NCBI GenBank assembly: GCA_050575255.1 | Contig: JBNZDD010013398.1 | Location: 101,360 to 165,359 of the forward strand | DNA from: Harriotta raleighana | Lineage: Eukaryota | Direction of reading: 5' to 3' | Length of the DNA stretch: 64,000 bases | Shown: one piece after another, positions 10,849-23,700 of the stretch | How the letters are laid out: each line of letters opens with the position of its first letter | Position numbering within the stretch: position 1 is the stretch's first letter | The notes under the pieces: model-generated | Seen by the model: only the letters and a program-made list of their open reading frames with translations | Databases searched by the model: none | Told to the model about the DNA's origin: nothing | Program-made: the position numbers and the translations under genes

Positions 10849-12254
10849 AAGTCTCAGAGTCACAGAACAATGAAACTTCTCAAAGTATTAAAGGACTATC
10901 ATATTGGAATGGTTTTACTTCTGTGTTAAATAAGCGAATGATAAATATGTTTGAAGCATGTTTCAGCGAAGTAAGACTTTGGTGATTTATCTTCTACTGT
11001 ATCTTGCATTGCACCTTATGAATGCGCTCAGCTAGACATTGTTGCAAATGAACAGTGGTTGAAATTGTTAAAGGTTTGGCCAGGACATTAGGTGAATGAA
11101 ACAAAGCCAGTTGGACAAATATTTCAGAATTTTGCTTGTTCATTTGGCTTTGCTCATTGTTTTTTTTCGCATTTTTTTCCCCGGAAGGTTTCTTTAGAGG
11201 CATTTGAGATGCTAAGGGGGATAGAGAACATTACCTCGGAGCACTTTTAAAAAATATATTAACGCACATAGAAGCTTGGCGTTTCTCACTGTCTTTGCCT
11301 TAATATTTAGGTCAGCCATCCTAAGGCTAAGACCATGAAATGTTTGGGGCTTCAGGATGGGTGTTTGAAACTAGGACAAGAAATTTGATTAATGCTGCAA
11401 TGGGAGGTAGGGTAAGTATTCTGGAAGGATAAGAGATAAGAGATATAATGGACCAGAGGGCCTTCTACATCCCACATCTCTCTTATGATTTTGTGTTCTT
11501 CACTAGTTAGACACCAATCTTCTGCATCTTGTAGGTCAGACCAGGATATTTCTAAGTCTCCACAGTCTAACAGCCCAGTCTAACTCTCTTTAACCTGAGT
11601 TAAAGGTGGTGCTTTCAAACTTTTGTTGTAGATTGGAAAAAGGGTTGAAATGATTGAGAGATTAAGTTTAAAAACATGAACCCAGTTCAAAAACAGATAT
11701 AAGTGAATGCTTTTATACTGTTAATTAAAAAAGTCACCAGAACAGGAAACAGTAAAATAATAAAAATAAGCTACTGCTTTTTCCAGTTCCTTATATCGTT
11801 GAACAATAGTTTATATTCTTAGCATATAAGATAATCATTCACAGGCTCCTTACTATTTTATTCCTGTAATGAAATTTAAAATAAATATGTAGGTGTTAAT
11901 GTAGTATAAGTGTATTCCACAAGGGTTGTTCTGATAGCAAATGCAAACCGACATTTCCTTTGAACCAATAACCATTTGACTATCATTTCTCCAAAGCTGT
12001 TTATTCTCTTATTTCAAGACGTCTCGAAGACGTGATAAGGCGCCATATGAAATGTAAGGATTATTATTATTGATCTTTGAAATAACTCAATTCACTCTCC
12101 ACATATGGCCTTCAGGGGGCAGTGTGTTCAACATTCTCACACTTCTCTGTGTGAAGACAGATTCTACATTTACAGTCACCACCAGAGCTCTAATTTTAAG
12201 ATTCTGCCTCTCTTGGTGTGGATTCCCTTAAAAATCCCTTTAAAAAAATGGTCA

Positions 12255-12415
12255 GTCAATCCACAACTGTTTGTGAGTCACTACTGTGTTCAATTGGCTG
12301 CCGCCTTTTGTGCACAAAATATACAGTCAATTCACTTACGGTATATTCTGTGAAGCGCTTTGAGACATCTTGACAATGCGATAAGGCGCTGTATCAAATA
12401 CGAAGATTATTATTA
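12255..12415 (+). mobile_element. Deu-domain SINE 3' half
   Basis: ccacaactgtttgtg...caattggctgccgcc...gtgaagcgctttgagacatct...gattattatt. Confidence 0.75.
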
Positions 12416-13754
12416 AAGATGGAGACGTATTCCTTAATTACCATGCCGATTTCCATTAATACTTTAGAAACTTCAATCAACTTGACAGAAAATACCTAAC
12501 TTTACTCAGCCTTTCACTTCAGAAAAGTCCTCTCACCCCCGAGTTATTCAGTGGGGTATTTGTTTTTGGGGGCTAATATCTCTCTTTTAAACTGTGCTGC
12601 TCAAGACTGAACAATCAGTCAGCACCAGTGAAATCATTCCAACTCCAGACCGGTTATTTTTAGTGTACACTGTGGTTTTGAGGAGGTCAGACGCTTAGAT
12701 CTAGGACATCAGATAACTGTTGTGAGTACAAAAAGCAGCCACCCTTCCCATTTGGGACTTAAAACATGCGTCATGGAATTCTCTCTTGACGTTGTGAATT
12801 TAAATCAGACCTGATAGCAGCTGTTGATGAAGTCATTGCTTCAATCAAGGTTGGTTGGATTCATACAGCCCCTGTAACATCCATATGCCTCAAAACACAT
12901 CACAGTTCGTCAAGTGTATTAGAAGGTATAGGTCGCCCAGTAGAGAATAAAAATGGTAATCACCAAAAGCATTGGAGGATTGTTGGCTAGAAAAAGTACT
13001 TAGTGGAACAATGGTAGGATTACCATTGCCTTACCTCAAGCAAAAAATAACGATAACACAAGCTGTGCCTTTCACTGGGAACCTTATGTATGTCACCTTG
13101 TTTCTGAGACAACCGCAGAGCAGAGCCCAAGTCTCATGAGTTGATGTGATTTATATAAGTTCTCTGTTAGAGACACAGATTAAGTTATGAGTTTCATTGG
13201 TAAAGCACAGACAACATGACCATTGACGAGGAAGCTTTGTACTGTACCTGGCAGAGGATTGATCCTCTAGAGGGAGGAATTCTTTCTACTGATATTAAAG
13301 TACTTTTACCAATTTTAGATATTTCACACTGAATCGGTGGATCCTCAGATGCTATCCATTACATCTAAGAATCAGGGAAATTGGAGGAAACTTATAACTC
13401 TTTATACCAACTCTGAGTTAACTTTCAAAATTTCATTATGAGTTAACATTTTATAACAGATTTGATGTGATTATTTGCAGATTCTACCCCAATATTTCTA
13501 CATCTCATGCACACAAAAAAGCAAATCTATTGTATGAAAGAAAGAGTTTTGTGAAAGGGGAAAAATACTGTGATTTAATGCAATTTGCTAATGTGACTTT
13601 TTATAATGTTCAACATTAAAAATGTAAAGATTTAAGTTTACACTGTTATTATAATGTGGAGAATGTGGATATCTGGAAGCGTGCATTAAAAAGATTGTAG
13701 TATTGTGGTAAATATAGCCTGCTGACAACTTGACTTTTGAGGTAGTTTAATATA

Positions 13755-13950
13755 CAACAACAACTTTCATTTATATTTATGTAGCGTCCTCCATGCCGGG
13801 CGGCATCTCAGAGCGCTTCACAGAGTGGGATCCCGAGGTTGAGCCAGGGGAAGGAGGAAGGTGACCATTGTCCGGTCAAAGAGAAAGGTCTTCAGGTGAA
13901 GCCTGAAGATGGGAAAGGAGAGGGTGAGACGAAGGGTTGAGGGAGTATAA
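13755..13950 (-). mobile_element. L2 3' fragment, reverse orientation
   Basis: (CAA)n then tagcgtcctccatgccgggcggcatctcagagcgct, the reverse complement of the L2 tail. Confidence 0.6.
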
Positions 13951-14564
13951 CTCCAGTACAGAATTGACAGTTTAACATTAATCTTATTAATATCACAAAG
14001 TTTTTTTCCCCTGTCATGGACGTAATGATATTACCAGCAGATTGCACACCAATAAAGCAGTCACCTTCATTGTCACCAGTGCAGAATCGCTTGTGAGATA
14101 AAACGATAACACACGGATGGTAGAAATGTGAACCGAAGACACAAATTGTTGGAAACAAACAGTAGGTTGAACACAATCTGAGAGACGAGATTTAGGTTCA
14201 TGTTATGTTATGGGTGTAAGCTTTGATCTAAGTTTAACAGACCAAGTATTAATATACACATATATATGTATATTAATATATCATCATGTTCTGATGCAAA
14301 GGACATCAAGCTTAATGAGATGCAGTAGTGGTCCATCCTCCTTACACCTCACACATTATGGCTTTTATTTGTGCAAAAGTACTGGACATGGTATTCAACA
14401 GCAGAGGGCATCATAACTACATAGAGCCTTGTCCTCACCTGACAGCCACATATAATATATGCATCTCATGACAGTGGTACTGGAACCTGGAAACTTGATA
14501 TTTCTCAAATTCTAAACTTAAGATCATTGTCTGACCAATTTAAGATTGGGCAGTTTTGATTTCA

Positions 14565-14870
14565 GACTTAATGGTTAAAGCAATCACCTCACATGCAAGA
14601 GATCTGGGTTTGATTCCCGGTGGGGTGAAACCTTGGGCAAGTTTTCTTTCTCCATATGCCTGATAATGATCCCTGAATTTAAAAAAAAAAAAAATTGGTC
14701 ATTTCAAACCACAACTGTTTGTGGGACACTGCTGTGTGCAATTGGCTGCCGCATTTCGCCCACATGTCTGCAGTCAATTCACTTTACAGTATTTACTATG
14801 AAGTGCTTTGAGACATCAAGAGAACGTGAAAAGTGCTATATCAAATGCAACGCTTATTGTAATGAATTAT
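14565..14870 (+). mobile_element. tRNA-derived Deu-domain SINE, near full length
   Basis: Degenerate tRNA head (tggttaaagca...gggtttgattcc), Deu core tgtgggacactgctgtgtgcaattggctgccgc and L2-like tail. Confidence 0.8.
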
Positions 14871-17489
14871 GATTAATTCTTTTTCAGTCCTGTGGAAAAA
14901 CCGCTTCCAAATTAAGACTGCATTTAAGACATAATTGAACTCTAATCAGGGTCAATGGGGGAATGATCTTGGGGGAAAGGCAGTGTAGACAACTCTAACA
15001 AAAAGTCTATTTGCTTTTTGTCTCTCTCCTATTATGCAATGTCGTCTTTCACAGCAGAGTGTTATTGTACCAAATCTGCCTTCATACCACTCGACCACCA
15101 GATGTCCTTGTAATCATGGCAGCTCACTGGATTGTCCCAGTTAAATGGTTTGCAATCAGGAAATGCTTTGTTGATTTCGCAGCTGTTTTTTAGACGACCT
15201 CTTTGTTTTCTTAAAAAATTCTCTAGATTCTTCTGATTTTGGATGTGATTTTTCCAGTGCGTAAATAAACTCACGGTGTTAACAAATGGCAATTGTGCCA
15301 AGCCTAAAATAATCTTAGGAAAAAGGGAGCTCACTCTGCTCTGAAATGTCTCTATTGAAATTCAAAGTTACCCAAATTATCTAAGTGTTCCTGATAACGT
15401 CTGGGACCAGGGCACAGCCCTTTTAAGACATAGAGAACTTCTCTGACCTTTTGTGAACCTTTTCATTCCTTTTTTGCAGTCAAGATCAGGCAAAATGCAA
15501 AAAGTGCTAGCCATAATATGTGGGACATATGTGCTTGCGACCACCAGGAAGGTGGAAGACAAACTAAGTGGAACTTGTCTTTCTTTTGTCAATAATTTCT
15601 TATGTTCTCATAATCATATCCTGGAATCATAATGTGGCAACCATTCAGTTGGCCAATGTTGTCTTTAGAGTTTATTGACTTTGTTGGAGGGTAATCTGGC
15701 TGTAATATGGTCGGAGGAAGGCCCTCTGACTCTCAGGACCATTAACATAGCCTGGGACAATTTATTGTTCCAAATTTTTCAATGTAATTATTTAAAAAAT
15801 TATTTCAATTTTGTGGAACAGAATGCGATTTCTTGACTAATTGCTATGTAGTAGGAAAGGACACGGAAAAATAATTGCTCATCCATTCAATTTTTTGTTG
15901 TCTAACAAGGAAAACCACCATTTCACTTTGCTAATGAATAGGTATCTTGATCCAGTATCTGGGGAGATAACAGGGTATGTCAAAGCATTATGATGGATAT
16001 GTTTCACTCTAATGGTACAGTGATGGAACTAAGATGGTTTGTAGACTTACAATGAGCACATGTCTTGTTGAATGTCAAGCAGGCCCCTTGTTGTGTAAAG
16101 CCCTAATTTATGATGAGTAACATGGGTTGGAATTGATGCTATTTGGACGTACATCGCTGTATGTACATCTGAATTCCTTGGCACATTGTTTCCCAGCTGT
16201 CTCAGCATGACCTTAACACTCAGCTTTTGAATTTAGATTTGGATTTGGACCATGAGGAATATTGAGCCACTGCTGTGATCTTCAGAATTGACAATTACAC
16301 TTCTCTTGCCCCGAAATTGACATCCAGTGTTGTACACAATGTTGCAACTGTTCAGCATCTTGGGACGTCCTCCCGATATGTGAGGCATTCTACAAATGTA
16401 ATTTTGTTGTTGTTGCTCATCGATGCTGATGGATGCTCTCTATCCTTGCCTCTGATGACCTGGATTAGACTTCAAGAGGATTGTCAGACTTTGCAGCTGG
16501 TTGATGGACCTCTTTGCACTGCTCCACACGTGCGGCCCATCAGTAGGAGGAGATTTACCATCTGGCTGGCTCTTGGGAGCCAAGTGATCTGGCTCCAGTG
16601 AAGGGAAATCGGCTGTTTCTTTTCTCTCCAGATAGCTCCAGCCGAATGCTGTTTGTACAGATGGATCTCGGCCATCTGCCTGGGAAGCAAATGAGAATAT
16701 ACCCTGAGGATTCGGACCTATGACTGGACACCTTACAACATGAGCTCAGACTGCCTTCCTGTGCTGTAAATGCTATTTATTATTCCAACAAAACTAAAAG
16801 AAATGGGGAGAAAGGTAGAAAAGGGGATAAAACATCCAAGAAAAAATATACAGAAAAGTATGTAATACAGTATGTAGTTTTGGGATCTGACACATAGGAT
16901 GGTGGAAGGCAAATTGGATGGACCCTGGTCTTCTTTTGCTTAGCAAATCCTGATGTTCTTATGCTATACCCGATTTGGAGCAAGGACATGTACAGTTAGT
17001 CTCTGTGAGAATATGTGCTGATTCTTACTGGTGCAGGGGATTGGTTGGAAAGAAAAACATATTTTTAAAGCATTTCATCTTACAGGAACACTGCTGGTGG
17101 TTGGAGCAGAGTTTGTGGGAGATTGAATATTTTTGAAAAATGCAGTGCTAAAATATGAAAGTTTCTAAAATATGGAAGTTTATTCCTAGTTTTTAAATGA
17201 GTAGAGATAGCTTCCAACATCCGGAAGATATTGGTTATTCTGATCTGTTGCCTGTGTGGATATTTTTGTTTCCTCCACCAGAGATTGTCTGTATTAGAAG
17301 ACCTTCACAGTCCTTCAACTGGGTTTCAATAAATAATCTTAAAAAAAAATTATTTAAGCTTGTTTGTAGCACATAGATTGAGAGGACCAGGTATTACATA
17401 CATTGGGTGAACTCACAGGGAGGAGGGATTAGAATTGGCTGCAATTAGAAAAGAGCTGTGATCTTTGCTGGTAACCCCTGAAGTATCCA

Positions 17490-18632
17490 TGGAAACATGA
17501 CAGGGTCACCCAAACATGTGATGGTAGTGATTCAATTCAGAAAAGAGGTTTCTGTGCACTGGCGTATAGTTGTGGAGAGAAAGGAAAGTGATTGCTCGAG
17601 TCTCTCTCGCAATTGTGATCCCGTGGGCCAGAGAGCAATGGAGAGGTTTCATCTCTTGGTGAAAGCGTATTGAGTTGAGATGGAATGACACAGCTTTCAT
17701 AAAGGGAAATTGTGCTTATTAGCTTCTTGCAAAAGCATTGTAGCTTTCCTTTAAAATCTTCAAATACCTTTGGGATGCTTTGATGCAGGTTCATAATGTG
17801 AAATTTGCATTTTAAGTGCCCGCCACAGAATTTGCTATAGTGAAGGTGCATGTAGTTTGTGTCAAATTACGGTGATTTTGGCAGCAATGTGCCAGCAAAT
17901 GTGAGGTTTAAACATGGGCTGAGGAAATGTGAATTGGAATCTAGCTTTGTTCCTACCATCTGGAAACAAAAATAATAATTTTAAAAATCCTTGCATTCGA
18001 TATAGCACCTTATCATGTCTTCGAGACATTTCACAGTAGCAATTGTATGCAAAACATAGCAGGCAATTGCACATCAAGCAGTGTTTCGCAAACAGTCGTG
18101 GCTTGAGTGACCAAATTATATTATTAGTTATTTTTGAAGCGATTATTATTGATACCCCAATCGGCGAACAACTGGATTCTTGGATACTGCTGGGTAAACA
18201 AATACGAATGGAGTAAGGAAACTTGCGTAAGGTTTTGCCTCACTGGGAATTGAATCTCAATTGAATTGAATTTCAGCGCCTTGGGACGTCCTCCTGACGT
18301 GAAACGCGCTCTATAAGTGTAATTTTGTTGTTGTTGTTGTGAATCTGGATCCTCTTGCTTGTGAAGTGAATATTGTAAACAACATGCTACAGGACACCAA
18401 ATCATAAGCTGCTAAGAGTTTTCAGAGTGGAAACATGACAGGGTCACCCAAACATGTGATGGTGGTGATTCAATTCAGAACGGAGGTTTCTGTATACTGC
18501 TACATAGTTGCGGAGAGAAAGGAAAGTGATTGCTCGAGTCTCTCTCGCAATTGTGATCCTGTTGGCCAGAGAGCAATGGAGAGGTTTCATCTCTTGGTGA
18601 AAGCATATTGAGTTGAGATGCAATGACACAGC
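17490..18632 (+). repeat. 205-bp direct duplication (17490-17694 and 18428-18632)
   Basis: Gap-free alignment by eye with about 14 mismatches. Confidence 0.92.
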
Positions 18633-19079
18633 AGTGCAGGCACTGATAATGCAAAATTGTAGCGCGAGCACTTAATGAATGGGCAGGAAAGTAGGGTAAA
18701 AACAACATCATTGGGAGAAGAGGATCAACCAGTAAAGACCACTGTCAGAAGAAGGCAAAAATTTAAAAAAATTCACATAAATTACAAGACAAATGACTTA
18801 AAAAGCAATTCAATTATGATAATTTTGTATACAGGGTAAAGCACACCATGGAGACGTGCTGGAAGACTTGAGAGTAATCAAACCAATCGTTTCCTACGTA
18901 GCGAGGGACGTTTGACGCAATATCTTCAGGGAGAAATGGAGGCAAAATTCTTGATCGATTGTCAGTGTAGGAAAATAATTTACATCTATACACTGCCTTT
19001 TGTGAAAAGAAACAATCTTAAAGTCTTCACAGAATGATGGGGTTAATATTCCACCTGTGTCTGAATTTATAATATAATA

Positions 19080-19435
19080 CAATATAATAATCCTTGATAT
19101 ACCACCTTATCTGGTCGTTGAGACATCTCAAAGCACTTCACAGGATTATGCTATAAAGTGACAAACACAAAATACTGCAAATGTTGGAAATCTGAAACAA
19201 AACAGAAATGCTTGGAACTCTCAGCAGATCAGACACTACCTCAGAATTGGGGCATATTGGGAGAGAGAGGCTTTTAAAAGCCCCAATTTTGACCAAGAAT
19301 CATGGATCTGATACGTTGACTTTCTCCATAGATGCTGCCTAACCTGCTGAGTGTTCGTATCAATTTCTGTTTTTGTTTTATGCTCTATACGCTGTATATT
19401 TTGTGAGCAAAATGTGGCAGGAATTGCACATAGCA
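19080..19435 (-). mobile_element. Reverse SINE fragment interrupted by an inverted-repeat element (about 19165-19380)
   Basis: The SINE tail at 19080-19160 resumes near 19390. The insert has imperfect inverted arms at 19195-19241 and 19330-19378. Confidence 0.6.
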
Positions 19436-19595
19436 GTATTAATAGGAACTCGATCGAATGCTACATGGATGAAATGAATCTAAACCCAGTAGAAATTTCT
19501 ACCCAGAGATTCATTGATGGACTGAATGCTGCGATGTTATAAAGTGTTCAGAAGTGCTTGGGTTCAAGCCACACAACTGGACGTAGAACTCTTGT

Positions 19596-19920
19596 GGAGT
19601 TCCTGTAGCTCAGTGGTTAGAGCACTCGCCTTACAAGCATGAGACCTGTGTTCGAATCCAGGCAGATGAGGGCAAAACCTTGGGTAAATTTCCCCACTCA
19701 ACACACCTAATAATAATCCATCCAAAAAAAAAACAAAAAAAAAATTGTCATTTCAATCCACAACTTTTTGTGGGACACTGCTGTGTGCAGTTGGCTGCTG
19801 CCTTTCATCCACAAATATACAATCAATTCACTTTACAGTATATTCAGTGAAGCGCTTTGAGATGGCGATAAGATGTGAAAAGCGCTACATCAAATATAAG
19901 AATTATTTATTTATTATTAT
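19596..19920 (+). mobile_element. Full-length tRNA-derived Deu-domain SINE
   Basis: Head gtagctcagtggttagagcactcgccttacaagc...gttcgaatcc (A and B boxes, TAC anticodon-like loop), Deu core, L2-type tail and (ATT)n. Confidence 0.88.
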
Positions 19921-20389
19921 AACCCATATAGTCTTGCCTGATGCTCCAATGCAATGTTAAATCCAAGGTTCTGTCTGCCTTTTAAGGTGGACATTAAAGA
20001 TTTCATGACACTATGCCACCCAGGAAATCCAGGACAATAATTTGGTCATTCATTTCATGCCTGCACTACAGGACACTGCTGTGTGCAAATTCTAATTACT
20101 TGGCTACTCATCAGTTTGTAGTTTGTATGGAGAACTTCTGATGTAAATCAGAAGCTATGTTGCTGCCACTTCATTCTTAATTAATCTCATTACATGAAAG
20201 GTGCTACATAAACACCGATTCTATTATTTCTGCGATTGAGACTGAGATGTCCAATACTCCATGGGATCAATGTGACCACAAGGTGAGGAATTGCTGGTAA
20301 CACAGGGAAAATTGATCAGCCTCTGAATGGTTAAGGTACTTGGGTTGGTCGCAGTGATAAAAGAGAGCACAAATTTCAGATGGGGACAA

Positions 20390-20755
20390 ATAATAACAAC
20401 CCTTGCCCTTTTTGCATTTAATATAGAGCCTTATCACATCTTTAAAACGTCTCAAGTGCTTCACAGATTACACAGTAAAATGTGTTGACTATTTGTTGTG
20501 GGCACAAAACACAGCAGTCAATTGCAACCAGCGGTAATCCACAAATAGTCATGGATTGAGGGACCAAATAATTTTTTGATGCATAGGATTTATACACCTG
20601 GGCAATGCAATCCACCTCACCAAACAATTTAGCAACTGCTAGGTAAACAGATGTGTGGAATAGGGAAACTTGCCCAAAGTTTTGCCTTGCTCAAGAATTA
20701 AACCCAGGTCCTCCTACTTGAGAGTTGAGTGCTCTAACTCTAAAGCTACAGGAAA
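20390..20755 (-). mobile_element. tRNA-derived SINE, reverse orientation
   Basis: Reverse complement of tail, core and head (aacccaggtc...gagtgctctaac...gctacagga). Confidence 0.78.
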
Positions 20756-23700
20756 TATAGTTTGTATCTTGTTTATATCTGAATTCTGTGTTGCCCACCA
20801 CACCACTGACTTAATTGCTATTAGCCAATTATCACAGGGTGCAATGGTAATTAGTTTTGTTTGATCCCATCTCTTTACTGTGTTGTGGAGCTCATGCGAA
20901 ACTAATTCTTGTGCACATTTTGTAATAGGTTCTGAATTAGGCGAAAACGTGGCTTGAAAACACTTGGGGGATTTGTGCTGGCACGATTTTCATGCTTTCC
21001 TTTGATGGGTTGAAAGAGAAGGAGAACAAACATCTTAGATTCAAAAATTGAAATCTTTCTGGATTAATTATCTAATGCTTTTCTGGTTGCAAACTGAGAA
21101 CTTTGAACAAACAACATACTGGAAGTAGAAATTCTATCATGGGTTGCAGATAAAAAAAAAGCATATTTTGGTTCAATTTCCTTGTATTGAACTTAAGCCC
21201 CCAAAAAGACACCCTTGAAAACTTTTTAGACTATTACTGCAAGGGAGAGGGAATTGCCAGCTGACAGACTAATGACAAAAATGTCTCTTTTTCCGTTACA
21301 TGTTGTGTTGAGAATCAACTTGAAAATTAGTTCTGTTTCCAATAGAACAGGAAATGTTAATGGGGACCTGATAGAGACTTCACGGTATAAATCATAAAAT
21401 GAATTAACTGTATTTTGTAGGTGAACCACAACAGCCAATTGCACATATTAATTTCCCACAAACAGCGATTGAGTGACCAAATTGCTAGTTTCCCACCTCC
21501 AACTCCTCCTAGCAGTACCTCAAATGTGGGGTGTTGCTGTACAGTAAGTGGAGAAATGTGATTAATGATCTATCATAATCCAATAACTGGTGGAACTGGC
21601 TGTCTAGGCTGAATGTCCGCCTCTTGTTCCTCTATTCCTATCATTTTCAAAGCAGTTATGCTTTTAACAAAGTACTCCAGTTAAAATAACGTTGCTCTTT
21701 AAATAAATCTCTATAATCTGTTTAGACTGAATGTTGTGTTCACACTAAAGACATGTAAATAAATATAATATGATTAGAATTATGCAGATGGTGACATTTG
21801 CTATACATGTTTGTTTTCATACATATACTAGTTGTAATAGAAATGATCAGTTTGCATACCAGATGTGGAATATAACTAATTTACCTAAAAATATTCAGCA
21901 CTCAGTATGACACAGGTCAAATTGGCCAAATTTTAGACAACATTTTCTCCCTCAATTTATCGCTGTGTTTTGAAAAAATACTATTTATGTTGACCTAATT
22001 TTATTTTCTCATTTCCGTTTTCAGAAGATCAAAAAGACAATCACGTGGTCGAAAATAGTCCGAGATAAAAAGGACTGTAATTCCTAGGATATCTGGCTAA
22101 CGTCTGAGAAAACAATGTGAATCGACAGCTTGATTGGTTTCTGAACGATAGCTCCACATTTGGAGAAGAGCTGAAATTCTGGGCTCTGTATCTCTTTTAG
22201 ATGCTGGTATAGATCTATTTAGTGGATTGTCATCATCTTCTGTTTTTCATTCCACACAAAATGTGCACTTGACAAGGTTCTGTTTATAAATGAGATTGGA
22301 GTATTGGGATACATCACTTAATGGGGTAAAATAACCTTGCAAATTGGATACGCAATTAAGTGACAAGTTGTAATGCAATAATAATAACTAATAGTTCGAA
22401 ATGGCACATTTAACATGGTTCTCGAAAGAGTAACCATACAAAATGTTGCATGCTCCTAGCCATCGGTCCTCTGAGGAAAGCCTTATATTGATGCTGAAAT
22501 GTTGAATTTACTCTCAGTCTCTCAACGCCAGGCTTGTTTTTCAGATGGCAGGTCAAATTCCAACAACTCGGCCATCCTGTTCTTTCCCCCACGCCCAAAG
22601 CCAATTCCCTTCACTGTCTAACAGAAAATAGGTAGCCGTGTGTCTCTTACCCCATATTTTCGAATTTCCCATTGTGTATTCTCCTCTGAGCATTCCTGTT
22701 AAATTGCTCATTGAGTTCAAGTGAACCCACTATAAATTTAAATGAATGTCAACCCTTCTTGTGAACATATTCCTCTTTCCTTACATCTTCGACTTATCAC
22801 TGGCTCCTTGAGTACCGTGATTAATCTCATATAGCACACTCGTATTGTACATTGTTATTTATTTATATGGAAAGGACTGATCAGTACCCTCCTAAACCTC
22901 TGTCTACTCTTCTCAAACAGCTTGTCATTGTTGCAACATCCATCCCACTCTTTCCTCACTTCTGCCAATGCTTATTTTTCACAACATAATTAGGTACAAA
23001 AATGAGATTGTCAAACTACTAGTTATGTCAAATCAATTCTGCAAATGGACATATTCCAATATTCAGTAGACAACCACCTCACAAACTAGCCACAATCTTG
23101 TTTTCTACTGAAACTTGGTTATAAGATGATGATGTTAGAAATTACTACATTTTTTAAACTGAAATTCATGTCCATCTAAAGAACAATGGTCACCGATAAG
23201 AATAAGAATAAAGCTTGCATTTGATATATTGCCTTATTACACCTTCTAGACGTCTCAAAGGTACACTATGTTTTGTGGGAAAAAGGTGGCAGCCAATTGC
23301 GTACAGTGGTGTCGCACAAGCAATCGCAGATAGAGTGACCAAATTGTTATCATTTTATAGGGGGAGAGATTATTACCTCCTGGAAAGCAATCTGCTTAAC
23401 CAGAAAGTTTACTGGCATGAAAATGCTAGAAACTATGAAACCAACACTGTCCTTTCAAAAAGAAAATCCATCTGCAGGAGAGGGGATCAGAGAAAAATCT
23501 AGAAATATTTTGACACACAAATAGTTAGATTTTCATCAGGCATTTAAATGGCTGTGTTTCTTTGTAGATTCAACTCACTGTAAATAGATCTGATTCTTCC
23601 AGCTCTGACTGTCTGAATCATAGCTGTAATATGTTAGCCCACAAAGCCAGAAGCTCTTTTCTTTCCAACTTCCAATACTGACTCATAGCCATAGCTACCT

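Noticed and set aside
19596-19665. tRNA-Val-like gene
   Set aside because: It continues into a SINE body and tail, and degenerate copies recur; it is a SINE head.
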